A stretch of DNA of 64,000 nt, taken from an uncultured cyanobacterium. GTDB taxonomy: Bacteria > Cyanobacteriota > Cyanobacteriia > Phormidesmidales > Phormidesmidaceae. A model generated the notes under the pieces. That model had not been told where the DNA came from. It did not search any database and saw only the letters and a list, made by a program, of their open reading frames with translations. A program made the position numbers and the translations under genes. Shown in pieces: positions 1 through 9,254 of this stretch; position 1 is the stretch's first letter; the number at the start of each line of letters is the position of its first letter. The stretch is from assembly GCA_963793265.1 (NCBI GenBank), contig CAWBZI010000006.1:704001-768000 (forward strand). Reading direction: 5' to 3'.

Positions 1-171
1 CAAGCCACCCTTCGCAGTACAACCGCCCAGCTTCAAAACCATCCTTTCTACGCCAGCACCCTCTACGACTACCCGACCTGCTGGGCCTACCTTTTCGGCT
101 GCACCATCCATCAACTATTGCAGTGGAATCACCAGCTAACTCCATGCACACTGCGGGAATTATGGCCTTGA
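1..171 (+). CDS. 3' end of a probable CDS entering from the window edge (hypothetical)
   Basis: Frame 1 is open from base 1 to TGA 169-171 (QATLRSTTAQLQNHPFYASTLYDYPTCWAYLFGCTIHQLLQWNHQLTPCTLRELWP*). It looks protein-like but I do not recognise it, and frame 3 is also open here. Confidence 0.3.
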   Translation, partial: QATLRSTTAQLQNHPFYASTLYDYPTCWAYLFGCTIHQLLQWNHQLTPCTLRELWP

Positions 172-255
172 CGCTCTCCCCCTTTCTCGCTATATCTCCC
201 TCAAAAATAATCTCTTCGCCGTCTTTCTCTCAGCCAAAAGCGCTGCCAACCCTTC

Positions 256-1038
256 ATGAATCCATACGCCATCCTCCCTACCGATCTCAACCCTGAGTGC
301 CTACCCAAACACGTCGCCGTCATTATGGATGGCAACGGACGCTGGGCCAATCAGCGTGGCCTCCCCCGTGTCGCCGGACACCGCCAGGGCGCAAAAGTCC
401 TCAAAGATCTGCTGCGCTGCTGCAAAGACTGGGGTATCGGAGCCCTCACTACCTACGCCTTCTCTACTGAAAACTGGCGCAGGCCCACGTCTGAAGTAGA
501 CTTTTTGATGGTTCTCTTTGAGAAGATGCTGCGAAAAGAGCTAAAAGAAATGCACAAAGAAGGCGTACGCATTCGCTTTATCGGAGATTTGTCTGAGCTG
601 TCACCCGCTTTGCAAAGAGAGATAGATAGGGCTATGGAAGAAACAGCAGGCAATACTGCTATTGACTTTAATGTTGCAATTAACTACGGCAGTCGAAACG
701 AGATTGTTCATGCGTGTCAGCAGGTCGCTCAAAAGGTAGAAAGTGGCGAGCTTACCTCAACCGATGTCAGTGAAGATATTATTTCTCAGCACCTATACAC
801 GGCAGGTTGCGACCCCGATTTACTGGTTCGCACCAGCGGCGAGCAGCGCCTTAGCAACTTTCTACTCTGGCAGCTTGCCTACACAGAAATGTATTTTACC
901 AATGCCTTTTGGCCTGACTTTGACCGGGGAGAATTTCACCGGGCATTGCAGACTTTTCAGGGGCGCGATCGCCGCTTTGGCAATGCAAAAGATGCGGTAG
1001 CACAGGTGCGCATAGAAGAACCAGCGCTTACAGCATAA
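256..1038 (+). CDS. uppS: cis-prenyltransferase / undecaprenyl diphosphate synthase
   Basis: [53 protein letters not shown] and WPDF motifs. Confidence 0.95.
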   Translation: MNPYAILPTDLNPECLPKHVAVIMDGNGRWANQRGLPRVAGHRQGAKVLKDLLRCCKDWGIGALTTYAFSTENWRRPTSEVDFLMVLFEKMLRKELKEMHKEGVRIRFIGDLSELSPALQREIDRAMEETAGNTAIDFNVAINYGSRNEIVHACQQVAQKVESGELTSTDVSEDIISQHLYTAGCDPDLLVRTSGEQRLSNFLLWQLAYTEMYFTNAFWPDFDRGEFHRALQTFQGRDRRFGNAKDAVAQVRIEEPALTA

Positions 1039-1090
1039 GCGGTTGACAATGCAGCAATCATTATTGTCAACGATTTTTATTGCATCTCCT

Positions 1091-1178
1091 GTAGGGGCAC
1101 AAGGCATTGCGCCCTCCGGCCTTCGAATTCGGTTTTGCAGTGCACCCAGCCGGAGGGCGTAAGGTCTTACGCCCCTAC
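1091..1178. repeat. Inverted pair of REP-like palindromes (REPIN-like doublet)
   Basis: GTAGGGGCACAAGGCATTGCGCCCTCCGGC at 1091-1120. The reverse complement of 1149-1178 reads GTAGGGGCGTAAGACCTTACGCCCTCCGGC. Lies between convergent genes. Confidence 0.75.
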
Positions 1179-1204
1179 AATTCCGGTGCGATTAGAGGTT
1201 AATT

Positions 1205-1723
1205 CTAAGGCGCGATCGCCCCACCCGATAAATTATCCAACGCACCTGCAACCTGCTGAATCACCTCATTTCCACAAGCCCCTAACTGATGCCGCCCGCC
1301 CAAATAACGCGGGTCATTATAAGCAATCTGCACCTGCCCGGCCTCATCCTCCCAAATCAACATTTTCTGCGGCAAATCAATTGCAATACTCTGACTGCAC
1401 TGCATCAGCGGCGTACCCAGCTTAGGATTACCAAAAATCACCACCCGCGTCGGTTGCAAATCAAGCCCCGCTCCCTCAGCATTCTGCGCATGATCCACCG
1501 TCGCAAAAACGTTAAGACCTCTCTCTTCTAAAATGCCAACAAAGCGCCGTTCTGTTTCTTCTACGCTGTGAGGACTTTCTTTTATTACCAGTCCAGTCGG
1601 GGTCGGTACAGGTAGCGATCGCCCAGCCCCAACACCTATTCCCAGCGCGATCGCACCACCTAAAACAGCCGCACCACCCATCACCAAGATCTTTCTTTTC
1701 ACAGCACTTTTAGTAAACAACAA
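1205..1723 (-). CDS. DUF302 domain exported protein
   Basis: N-terminal hydrophobic segment; VFATVDHA, VIFGNPKLGTPLMQ, IAIDLPQKMLIWED. The real start may be GTG at 1702. Confidence 0.85.
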   Translation of the reverse strand: MLFTKSAVKRKILVMGGAAVLGGAIALGIGVGAGRSLPVPTPTGLVIKESPHSVEETERRFVGILEERGLNVFATVDHAQNAEGAGLDLQPTRVVIFGNPKLGTPLMQCSQSIAIDLPQKMLIWEDEAGQVQIAYNDPRYLGGRHQLGACGNEVIQQVAGALDNLSGGAIAP

Positions 1724-1746
1724 TTTTTAGTAAACAACAATAGAAT

Positions 1747-2616
1747 TCAGCGCTCTGGATCGACCGCACTATAAATTGCAGAATAATCCGCATCGGCCAG
1801 CCCCTGTGCGATCGCCTTACTCGCCACCTTACTCACCCCTGCTGCCACTGTCGCATCAATTCCCTGCGCCTGCGCGGCCTGCACAAACAAATTCATATCC
1901 TTTAACAGGTGCTTCGTTGGAAAATTAGGGTTTGCAAAATTGCGATCACACATCCGCGCCAGCTTCTTATCAAACGTCGGCGCATACAGCGCACTTTCCC
2001 GCACCACCTGCATAAACTTCTCGATATCCAATCCTTCACGCTGTACCAATCCCAAACTCATCGAAAACGCCGCCGTCAGCGTTCCAATGAGCTGATTCAT
2101 TGCCAGCTTAGTTGCCGCCGCCGCACCCACTGGCCCCATTAGTTGAGGATCAGGCCCAAAGCACTTAAGCACTGGTAGCCACCGCTCATACTGCTCAGGG
2201 GTAGCGCCGACCATTAATATCAGCTCGCCCGCCTTCACCTGTGGAATGCTGCCCAGTACAGGCGACTCAAAGTAAGCACCGCCCGCCGCCTCAACCTTCT
2301 TAGCTAGCTCACGGCTTTCATCCGGCGCAATCGTCCCCATTTGTAGCAGCGTCCGATCCTTTAGCGCGGCAGGCTGCGCAAGCACCGCCGCCTCAATCGC
2401 CGCCGCATCACTCAGCATCGTAATTGTCATCTCAGCCGAAAGCAGCACATCAGTCGCCGTTGCGGCTGAATGAATGCCCGCCGATTGCAAAGGTATTAGC
2501 TTTGTAGCCGAGCGATTCCAAGCGGTTACCTCAAAGCCAGAGCGCTGTAGCTGCAGAGCCATCGGCCCACCCATGAGCCCAGTGCCAACAATGCCGATTT
2601 GCTTTTCAGAGTGCAT
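1747..2616 (-). CDS. NAD(P)-dependent beta-hydroxyacid dehydrogenase (3-hydroxyisobutyrate dehydrogenase / glyoxylate reductase family)
   Basis: IGIVGTGLMG Rossmann motif, WNRS, SPVLGS, catalytic K in ATKLAMN, KHLLKDM. Confidence 0.9.
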   Translation of the reverse strand: MHSEKQIGIVGTGLMGGPMALQLQRSGFEVTAWNRSATKLIPLQSAGIHSAATATDVLLSAEMTITMLSDAAAIEAAVLAQPAALKDRTLLQMGTIAPDESRELAKKVEAAGGAYFESPVLGSIPQVKAGELILMVGATPEQYERWLPVLKCFGPDPQLMGPVGAAAATKLAMNQLIGTLTAAFSMSLGLVQREGLDIEKFMQVVRESALYAPTFDKKLARMCDRNFANPNFPTKHLLKDMNLFVQAAQAQGIDATVAAGVSKVASKAIAQGLADADYSAIYSAVDPER

Positions 2617-2704
2617 AAGCTAAGTGCCCAAGTCCTAAAAATTCACTGTTTCTATCATAAGAGTCCTTCGCCCTTGCTAAATGGCTCTGGTGCTGTTCAT
2701 AGAA

Positions 2705-2745
2705 AGGTTAAAAACACGTCAAGGATTCATTACAGAATTCTTAAG
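2705..2745. promoter_or_regulatory. Candidate OmpR-family (Pho box / HLR1-like) direct repeats with 11-bp period
   Basis: Minus-strand 8-mers CTTAAGAA, TGTAATGA, CTTGACGT, TTTAACCT separated by 3-nt spacers, in the divergent region before ppk2. Only one unit matches YTTAAYYW perfectly. Confidence 0.35.
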
Positions 2746-2860
2746 AGCTTGTAATATTTCAGACAGAATACTAGGACTTGCTTATAGCCTGAATAAGAAT
2801 GGCCTTCTTAGCTAGTCTTTTTCGACTAGCGGCTCACTTTACTACACTTTTGGAAGACTC

Positions 2861-3844
2861 ATGGCAAAGAAGAAATCTGGCACATCCACAGCGACCGCAA
2901 AACTGAATGGGGCAGAGACGGAAGCCAAGGTTGCAAAAGGTGGCGCTCAGGAGAAAAAGGTTGAGGACAAAGCTGAAAAGAATAGCGCTGGCAAAGGCAA
3001 AGAGAAAAAGGCTGAAAAGAGTAGTGCTAGCAAAAGCAAGGGCAAGGATAAAAAAGAAAAGAAGCACAAAAAGCTGAGCAAGAAGGTTTACAAGGCAGAG
3101 TTAGAGCGCCTGCAAAGAGAGCTGGTTAAGCTTCAGTATTGGGTGAAAGATAAAGGTCTGAAGGTTGTTGTACTGTTTGAAGGTAGAGACGCAGCGGGTA
3201 AAGGTGGGGCGATTAAGCGCATTTCTGAATGCTTGAATCCTCGCATCTGTAAGGTTGTGGCGCTAGGAACACCTACTGATAAAGAGAAAGGGCAGTGGTA
3301 TTTTCAGCGATATGTGGCACAGCTTCCGTCAGCGGGCGAAATCGCTTTGTTCGACCGTAGCTGGTACAACAGAGCGGGCGTAGAGCGGGTAATGGGCTTT
3401 TGTACTCATCAGGAATATGTTGAGTTTCTGCGCTCTTGCCCTGAGTTTGAGCATATGCTGCAACGGGCTGGCATCGTTTTAGTCAAATACTGGTTCTCAG
3501 TGAGCGATGATGAGCAAGAAAAACGCTTCCAGGATCGCCTTGAAGATCCGGCTAAGCGGTGGAAGCTCAGCCCAATGGATTTAGAAGCACGGGCTAGATG
3601 GGTGGAATATTCAAAGGCTAAAGACGATATGTTTGCAGCCACAGATACGACCAGATCGCCCTGGAACGTAGTAGAAGCAGACGATAAAAAGAGCGCCCGG
3701 CTCAACTGCATCAGCCATTTGCTCAGCCAAATTGAATACGAAGATCTCACACCGCCGCCGCTCAAGCTGCCTAAGCGTCAAAAGAATATAGACTACGAGC
3801 GCCCACCGATGGAAACCCAGAATTTCGTGCCACAGAAATATTGA
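2861..3844 (+). CDS. ppk2: Polyphosphate kinase 2 with Lys-rich N-terminal extension
   Basis: FEGRDAAGKGG Walker A, WYFQRY, FDRSWYNRAGVERVMGF, WKLSPMD. Confidence 0.95.
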   Translation: MAKKKSGTSTATAKLNGAETEAKVAKGGAQEKKVEDKAEKNSAGKGKEKKAEKSSASKSKGKDKKEKKHKKLSKKVYKAELERLQRELVKLQYWVKDKGLKVVVLFEGRDAAGKGGAIKRISECLNPRICKVVALGTPTDKEKGQWYFQRYVAQLPSAGEIALFDRSWYNRAGVERVMGFCTHQEYVEFLRSCPEFEHMLQRAGIVLVKYWFSVSDDEQEKRFQDRLEDPAKRWKLSPMDLEARARWVEYSKAKDDMFAATDTTRSPWNVVEADDKKSARLNCISHLLSQIEYEDLTPPPLKLPKRQKNIDYERPPMETQNFVPQKY

Positions 3845-3866
3845 GGTTTCTGAGCTAAGGTTTCAT

Positions 3867-4409
3867 ATGGCTAAACAGTACGAACAAATCACAGAGGCTC
3901 ACCGCTCTTTTATAGAACAGCAGAAAATGTTTTTCGTTGGCACAGCAGGCGCACAGGGCCGCGTCAATGTGTCGCCAAAAGGGTTAGACAGCCTGCGGGT
4001 GCTCAATCCTAATCGGGTTGTTTGGCTCAGCGTAACGGGTAGCGGCAATGAGAGCGCAGCGCATGTTTTAGAAAATGGCCGAATGACGGTGATGTTCTGT
4101 TCTTTTGAAGGAGCACCGATGATTTTGCGGCTGTACGGAGAGGCAAAAGTTGTTTACCCTCGCGATGCTGAATGGGATGTGCTAGTACAAGAGTTTCCTG
4201 AAGTGCCAGGCACACGGCAGCTATTCGACCTGTCGGTGAGTATGGTGCAAACCTCCTGTGGGATGGCGGTGCCGCTGTATGAGTATCAAGAAGATCGTGA
4301 GATGCTGAATAGCTGGGCGCAAAAGAAAGGCCCCGAAGGTATCGGAGCCTACTGGGAAGAGAAGAATCAGGTCAGTATTGATGGAATGCCAACTCAGATC
4401 TTTAAATAA
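3867..4409 (+). CDS. Pyridoxamine 5'-phosphate oxidase-like FMN-binding protein
   Basis: MFFVGTA, NVSPKG, TGSGNES, RMTVMFCSFEGAPMILRLYG, VQTSCG, SIDG. Confidence 0.9.
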   Translation: MAKQYEQITEAHRSFIEQQKMFFVGTAGAQGRVNVSPKGLDSLRVLNPNRVVWLSVTGSGNESAAHVLENGRMTVMFCSFEGAPMILRLYGEAKVVYPRDAEWDVLVQEFPEVPGTRQLFDLSVSMVQTSCGMAVPLYEYQEDREMLNSWAQKKGPEGIGAYWEEKNQVSIDGMPTQIFK

Positions 4410-4412
4410 CGA

Positions 4413-4952
4413 CTAGCTAACAAGCTGCCGCGTTTTATTGAAGTCAGGAGACTGTATGCTCAGCGAGTCTGCCATTGGATGCTGTAGCTCGTGATGGAAC
4501 AGAAGGCAGTCTCTTTTGAGCCATTCGTAGCGATCGGGTAGGCACATGGCCATGGCAATGACTTTAGGCGAATCGAGCGTGTCGCCAAAGCCGCCGCGTA
4601 CCGATACCTTGAAGCCCTTTAGCTCGGTTAAAAACTGGGCTGTATCTGTACGAATGACAGGCGGACGTTTGGCAGGCAGGGCGATCGCCATTTGCGCAAA
4701 CAGCTTTTGCTGCCAGCGATCGCCTGTTGGCATATAGCCATCAATATCGTTCGCAACATTAGCAAGCAGCCGCTCAGCACCCATACAAACGCTTTGCAAA
4801 TTCACCGAAATTCCCGCCACCATCAAATCAAAAGAATCAGCGTCCTCGTGATATTCAGCGAGTACGTCTAAGAACTTAGTGACTTTTTCGACGGTTAAGC
4901 TGATTTTCTCTAACTCATCCCAATTTTTGTCGAAGAGCGCCTGGTAATCCAC
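4413..4952 (-). CDS. HepT-like (HEPN) protein with degenerate catalytic motif
   Basis: LQSVCMGAERLL, IDGYMPTGDRWQQKL, RPPVI resemble the HepT-like RNase family. The usual FRHxxRxxY segment reads FKVSVRGGF. Confidence 0.65.
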   Translation of the reverse strand: MDYQALFDKNWDELEKISLTVEKVTKFLDVLAEYHEDADSFDLMVAGISVNLQSVCMGAERLLANVANDIDGYMPTGDRWQQKLFAQMAIALPAKRPPVIRTDTAQFLTELKGFKVSVRGGFGDTLDSPKVIAMAMCLPDRYEWLKRDCLLFHHELQHPMADSLSIQSPDFNKTRQLVS

Positions 4953-5094
4953 GTGTCGGTGACCTGTTTGCTAGAGGGGTATCTTGATGCATCAACAAAC
5001 GGCTGACCAGACTAACAATCCGGCCAGCCGCGCTGACGTTATCATGCCCAAACCCTAAGATCCAGATCACAAATTAAGTGAGTTTACTGGCCTT

Positions 5095-7203
5095 CTACTG
5101 GGCCTTCTGCACGGTGGCATATTCACCTGTAAGCTTGCCTAACTGCTGCACAAGCAGGCTTAAGAACAGGCCAACATCTGTGACGACGCCCGTGGACTCA
5201 ACCGAACCGCGATCGCTCAGCTTCGTCACCACCGCCGGGTTAATATCCACACACACCATCTTCACACCTGCGGGTGTCATATTCCCTACCCCAATCGAGT
5301 GCAGCATCGTCGAGAGCATCAAGATTAAATCCGCCCCTTCGATCAAACGCGCATAGTCCGTCTGCGCCTCTATCAGGTTCATCTTCGTATCGGGCAGCGG
5401 GCCATCGTCACGAATGGAGCCCGCTAAGGAAAACGGCACGTTGTTTTTTACGCACTCATACATCACGCCGCTGGTAAGTGCGCCTTTTTCAACCGCGTTG
5501 GCAATGCTGCCATACCGACGGATCGTGTTAATCGCTTTGAGGTGATGACGGTGACCGCCCTGAACAGAAACGCCGCGTTTCATGTCCATACCGAGCGAAG
5601 TGCCCATCATCGACTGCTCAATATCATGCACCGCGATCGCATTCCCACCTAACAAAGCATGGATATAACCACCTTTGATCAGCTTCTTCAAATGCTCACT
5701 GCCGCCCGTATGAATTACTACCGGGCCAGCCGTGACCACGACTTTGCCACCGCGATCACGAATCCGCCGCAAATCCCAGGCAATCTGCTCAACGACTAGC
5801 TCTACTCGGCGTTCACTAGAAACGCCCGCACCCATAAAGCTAAAGTCATCTGTTTTCTTTTTCAGCGAAGGAGCCGTACGCAAAGTATGAATACCTTTAC
5901 TGCCGACCACAACGTCTTCGCCTACTTTTAAATCGCGCAAAAGCTTGCAGGTCGCAACAGGCTTACCGGCTTCATGGGTAATCGCGATCGCCCCATCCAT
6001 ACGCTGCCCCTGTACCCGATACCAGTGGTCGCCAATCAGCACTTCCGAAGGATAAATCGTCGTTACGTAAAAGTCATCAGGCGCAACGCCGTCTTGCACC
6101 ACGGCCTCCAATTTTGCAGGGGTCGCTTCTTGGGGCAAACTCACTGCGCCCAGGTCAATAAGCTGACCCATAATGTCATCCATCACCGTAGTATCTGGCG
6201 CGACCACTTTCACCTCAGCAACAGATGTGTCTTGGCGCTGAGCCCCCAAATCAAAATTAAGCACCTGGAAGCTGCCACCGCCAGTGGTGATCGTATCGAG
6301 CGCCCGATTGACGATGCCAGAATCTAACAGGTGACCTTCTAAATGCACGACTCTGCTTTGAATGGTAGAGACTTTAGGCGTCTGTTTCTTAGGCTCAACA
6401 ACTTTAAGCGTTAGGCACTTAGCTGCACCGCCTGCTTTTAAGAACTCAGTCAAAGGCGTTTCTTCTATGGTAAAACCGCGATCGCCTAAAGCCTTTTTCA
6501 GCGTATCGCTCGCCTGATTCATCACCACAACTTTGCCAACATTCACCGTATTGCAGGCAAAGTTAATCGCATCGACTTCTTCAACGACAATTCGCTTTTC
6601 TTCAGGCACCCGCATTTCAATCAGCCGATTAGAATACGCATCAAAAGCAGGCGGATAGTACATCAAATACCCGCCTTCTAAAGGGCAAAAGCACGTATCC
6701 AAATGATAGAACCGGCTGTCTACAAGCCGCAGAGACAGTACCTCTACGTCTAGCCACTCAGCTAGGTAAGGATGAGAATCTAGCTCAGAGCGAAACCCAT
6801 AACCGGCCCACAGCCAGCCGCCAGCGCGATCGATCAGCGCGTCACCGGCCCCTTCAAACGGAAGACTTTTAGGTAGCGTATGCACCGTAAAGCCATTGTC
6901 TTCAAACCACTTTTGGAAAAAAGGCTCCTCGCCCTGACGCTCAGGATGCAAAAACCGGCTAAGCACAACGCGATCGCCCAGCACCAGCCCTGCATTCGCC
7001 GCAAACACCATATCCGGCCAGCCTTTCTCAGGCTCTACCAGCTCCACCGTCACATGCTTTTTCAGCACGCCGTACAGCTTATTCCACTGGGCCTCAGCGC
7101 GCTCCCGCGACGAACGGTGAATATTGCCTTCCATCCATGGATTGATTACATAGTCCACATCGTAATGGTGGGGCGGGCACATCAAAATTCGCATATCGGT
7201 CAT
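5095..7203 (-). CDS. argZ: Bifunctional arginine dihydrolase / ornithine cyclodeaminase (ArgZ/AgrE, TIGR00300-type)
   Basis: N-terminal guanidine-removing domain (YVINPWM, PDMVF, FEGAGD, HLDTCF, GGAAKCL). C-terminal domain with FSFM..VSSER, GGNAIAVHDIE, AGSIRDDGPLP, VTKLSDRGS. ATG at 7203 with GGAGGA RBS at 7211-7216. Confidence 0.93.
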   Translation of the reverse strand: MTDMRILMCPPHHYDVDYVINPWMEGNIHRSSRERAEAQWNKLYGVLKKHVTVELVEPEKGWPDMVFAANAGLVLGDRVVLSRFLHPERQGEEPFFQKWFEDNGFTVHTLPKSLPFEGAGDALIDRAGGWLWAGYGFRSELDSHPYLAEWLDVEVLSLRLVDSRFYHLDTCFCPLEGGYLMYYPPAFDAYSNRLIEMRVPEEKRIVVEEVDAINFACNTVNVGKVVVMNQASDTLKKALGDRGFTIEETPLTEFLKAGGAAKCLTLKVVEPKKQTPKVSTIQSRVVHLEGHLLDSGIVNRALDTITTGGGSFQVLNFDLGAQRQDTSVAEVKVVAPDTTVMDDIMGQLIDLGAVSLPQEATPAKLEAVVQDGVAPDDFYVTTIYPSEVLIGDHWYRVQGQRMDGAIAITHEAGKPVATCKLLRDLKVGEDVVVGSKGIHTLRTAPSLKKKTDDFSFMGAGVSSERRVELVVEQIAWDLRRIRDRGGKVVVTAGPVVIHTGGSEHLKKLIKGGYIHALLGGNAIAVHDIEQSMMGTSLGMDMKRGVSVQGGHRHHLKAINTIRRYGSIANAVEKGALTSGVMYECVKNNVPFSLAGSIRDDGPLPDTKMNLIEAQTDYARLIEGADLILMLSTMLHSIGVGNMTPAGVKMVCVDINPAVVTKLSDRGSVESTGVVTDVGLFLSLLVQQLGKLTGEYATVQKAQ

Positions 7204-7574
7204 GGGATTATCCTCCTTGAAAACACGCTGGCAAAAACACTGCAAGGCAGCAGGTTAAATAACGAAAAAATACCAGGACTTAAAAGCTTATATAAATACG
7301 GGCTTAAAAACATGTAGAGGCGATCGCCAATCACAGGAGAATTTCACAAGCTACACGCACAAGTAAATTTCAGAGGCCAATCCCGTAGCGCACAAAACAG
7401 CGCATTACGCATCGATATTTCTATGCCTAAAGATAGATGCCTGAATTACGCTAATAATAGTCGCTTTTACTCAGCACAACAGAACATGTAAAACGCCTCT
7501 TTAATCAAACATTTAGCAACAGATTTATGCGCATAACAGAACGATTGCGTTTCGACACACAACAGAAATATTAT

Positions 7575-7588
7575 GTAGCATCTGCTAC
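7575..7588. promoter_or_regulatory. NtcA box candidate upstream of argZ
   Basis: GTAGCATCTGCTAC = GTA-N8-TAC in AT-rich flanks, about 370 bp upstream of the argZ start. No canonical -10 at N22 was seen. Confidence 0.55.
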
Positions 7589-8096
7589 TTAAAGAGATTG
7601 CGTACGCCTATCCAATAGCCAGTAAATCCTTTAGCACCACAGGGATTGAGCACGATTTACAAATTATTAGCACACAAGCCTATGTCAGGAAATCATAACC
7701 AAAAGGCTTTCTTTGGCAGAAAAGGGTGATGTAAAATACCGATGTAGGAATAAAGGAGTATCGAACTGTTGATTATTGTTTTGTTTGAATGGTAAAACAA
7801 AATTTACTTAGTTAAGAACGACGAAACAATAAGCTTATGCGCACGTCACTAAAGGGCTCGCAAGGGACAGATTGAAGTTAGGTTGCTGAGAAAGGAATTT
7901 CTGAGGACAGCAACCAGAAATAAATACTAAAACAGATACTAAAACAAAAAGATTCCTTGAGGAAATCTTAAATATCTAGGGCAGATACTTAATCTGTACT
8001 GGAAGGAGCGGTGCCTAATACCTGATACGCCACTGAATCGCAGCAGATAGCCAAAAACCCATAAGACTTTCCTATCGATGCTATCAGGATCTAATA

Positions 8097-8125
8097 TTGA
8101 AATTACCCCAACAAGCCTATAACCT
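8097..8125 (+). promoter_or_regulatory. Sigma70-type promoter candidate for the DUF4327 gene
   Basis: TTGAAA (8097-8102), 17-nt spacer, TAACCT (8120-8125). Confidence 0.45.
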
Positions 8126-8144
8126 TAGTAGTAAGCTTGCTAAA

Positions 8145-8160
8145 TGTATCCCCTTTTACA
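8145..8160. promoter_or_regulatory. NtcA box candidate at a repressor position
   Basis: TGTATCCCCTTTTACA = TGTA-N8-TACA, about 20 nt downstream of the putative -10. Confidence 0.55.
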
Positions 8161-8348
8161 GAAAGGAAGGATGTTTTGATCGGGTTTTGATTGAACTGAC
8201 GACATAACGCATAGCGCTCAGAAGTATCTCAGTTTCCACAGACAGTATTTTCACAGTTTGTTTTCGCAAAAGAAACAGGTCTGCTAGAGCTTATTGATTG
8301 CTCTTAACTCCCCATTATTCATTCACACCTTACATCAAGGAACACATC

Positions 8349-8573
8349 ATGCTCAAAGAAGCACGTCAGTATTCAATCAATGTCATTCAAGACGAAGTAC
8401 GCGCCCTGGTTACAAAAGGCTCGATTGGTAAGCAAAATCAAATCTATTCGCTATCTCGTTACTTTGGTGATAGAGAGTGGCCTGTGGTTGAAAGGATTTT
8501 GGAAACTAACGACTACTTGCTAAGAGACTACGTTTACGACCTTATTGGTCAAGAGTCTTGGGCGAGCGACTAA
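8349..8573 (+). CDS. DUF4327 family small cyanobacterial protein
   Basis: YSINVIQDEVRALV..G, REW..VE..LE.NDYLLRD, DLIG.E.W. ATG 8349 follows AAGGA. Confidence 0.85.
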   Translation: MLKEARQYSINVIQDEVRALVTKGSIGKQNQIYSLSRYFGDREWPVVERILETNDYLLRDYVYDLIGQESWASD

Positions 8574-8667
8574 GTTTGCAGAGCCCTCACAAGCTCTCTA
8601 TTTCAAGAGTTCTTTTAGGCTGTTGGCTAAGATTCCCAACCAAGTCGATACAAACTATATTTAAGAC

Positions 8668-8705
8668 AAGTCCGCTCAAACCTAAATCTGAGCGGACTTA
8701 TTTTT
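8668..8705 (+). terminator. Intrinsic terminator
   Basis: AAGTCCGCTCA / TGAGCGGACTT 11-bp stem followed by ATTTTT. Confidence 0.75.
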
Positions 8706-8756
8706 ATGAGATAGTCTTTTCATGAGATAGTCATGAGAACTTCGGCTGTACGAACG

Positions 8757-8996
8757 TTAGATATACGAACTGCCTTTCAGCGGAGGTTTATTCAGATTAG
8801 CTTTGCCAACAACGTATATCATTTCGCAGGGGTCATCCACTCTTTTAGAGGCCCCTCTTAGCTCAAAACCAATTACCTTTCCATCCTCGTTGTAGTCCAG
8901 AATCAGACCTGGGGAAAGCTGGGCAGTTTCTTCGATCAAGTCCTTATTAAACGAAACCTGCAAAATATCTTTATCTGAATCGTAGAGTACTTTCAT
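8757..8996 (-). CDS. DUF2283 domain protein
   Basis: MKVLYDSDKDIL, GLILDYNEDGKVIGFELRGASK. Confidence 0.85.
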   Translation of the reverse strand: MKVLYDSDKDILQVSFNKDLIEETAQLSPGLILDYNEDGKVIGFELRGASKRVDDPCEMIYVVGKANLNKPPLKGSSYI

Positions 8997-9254
8997 GTGA
9001 ACGTTCGCAAAATGCTAGAGAGTGGCCCACTTTGGATTTAAGTAGCTGTATTCAATGATAAGGCGAGAGAAACCACTACGGCGAATTTAAAACAGACGGC
9101 AAAAGTGGCTGACATGCGATCGCTAAAACCACGCTCGTAAAAACGCAGTGAGTGTGTCTTAAAAGACAGTCAAAAAAACCACTAACTAGCATTGTATGGT
9201 TAAAGATAAGCCATCTGCTGTTTTGCTCACGTCATATTGGACTCGATACTCGTT

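Noticed and set aside
1..255. Upstream partial ORF as cdaA (the usual lysA-cdaA-uppS context)
   Set aside because: None of the three forward frames resembles a diadenylate cyclase C-terminus; this uppS may be a second paralog.
1135..1425. 96-aa ORF starting within the REP doublet
   Set aside because: Overlaps the DUF302 gene on the opposite strand; no coding signature.
7975..8020. GAAGGAGCG resembling the 3' end of a glutamine (glnA-type) riboswitch
   Set aside because: The 5' CGTT stem and GGAAGTA core are missing.
9070..9183. AAACCAC three times upstream of the transglutaminase-like gene
   Set aside because: Short motif with irregular spacing; compatible with chance.
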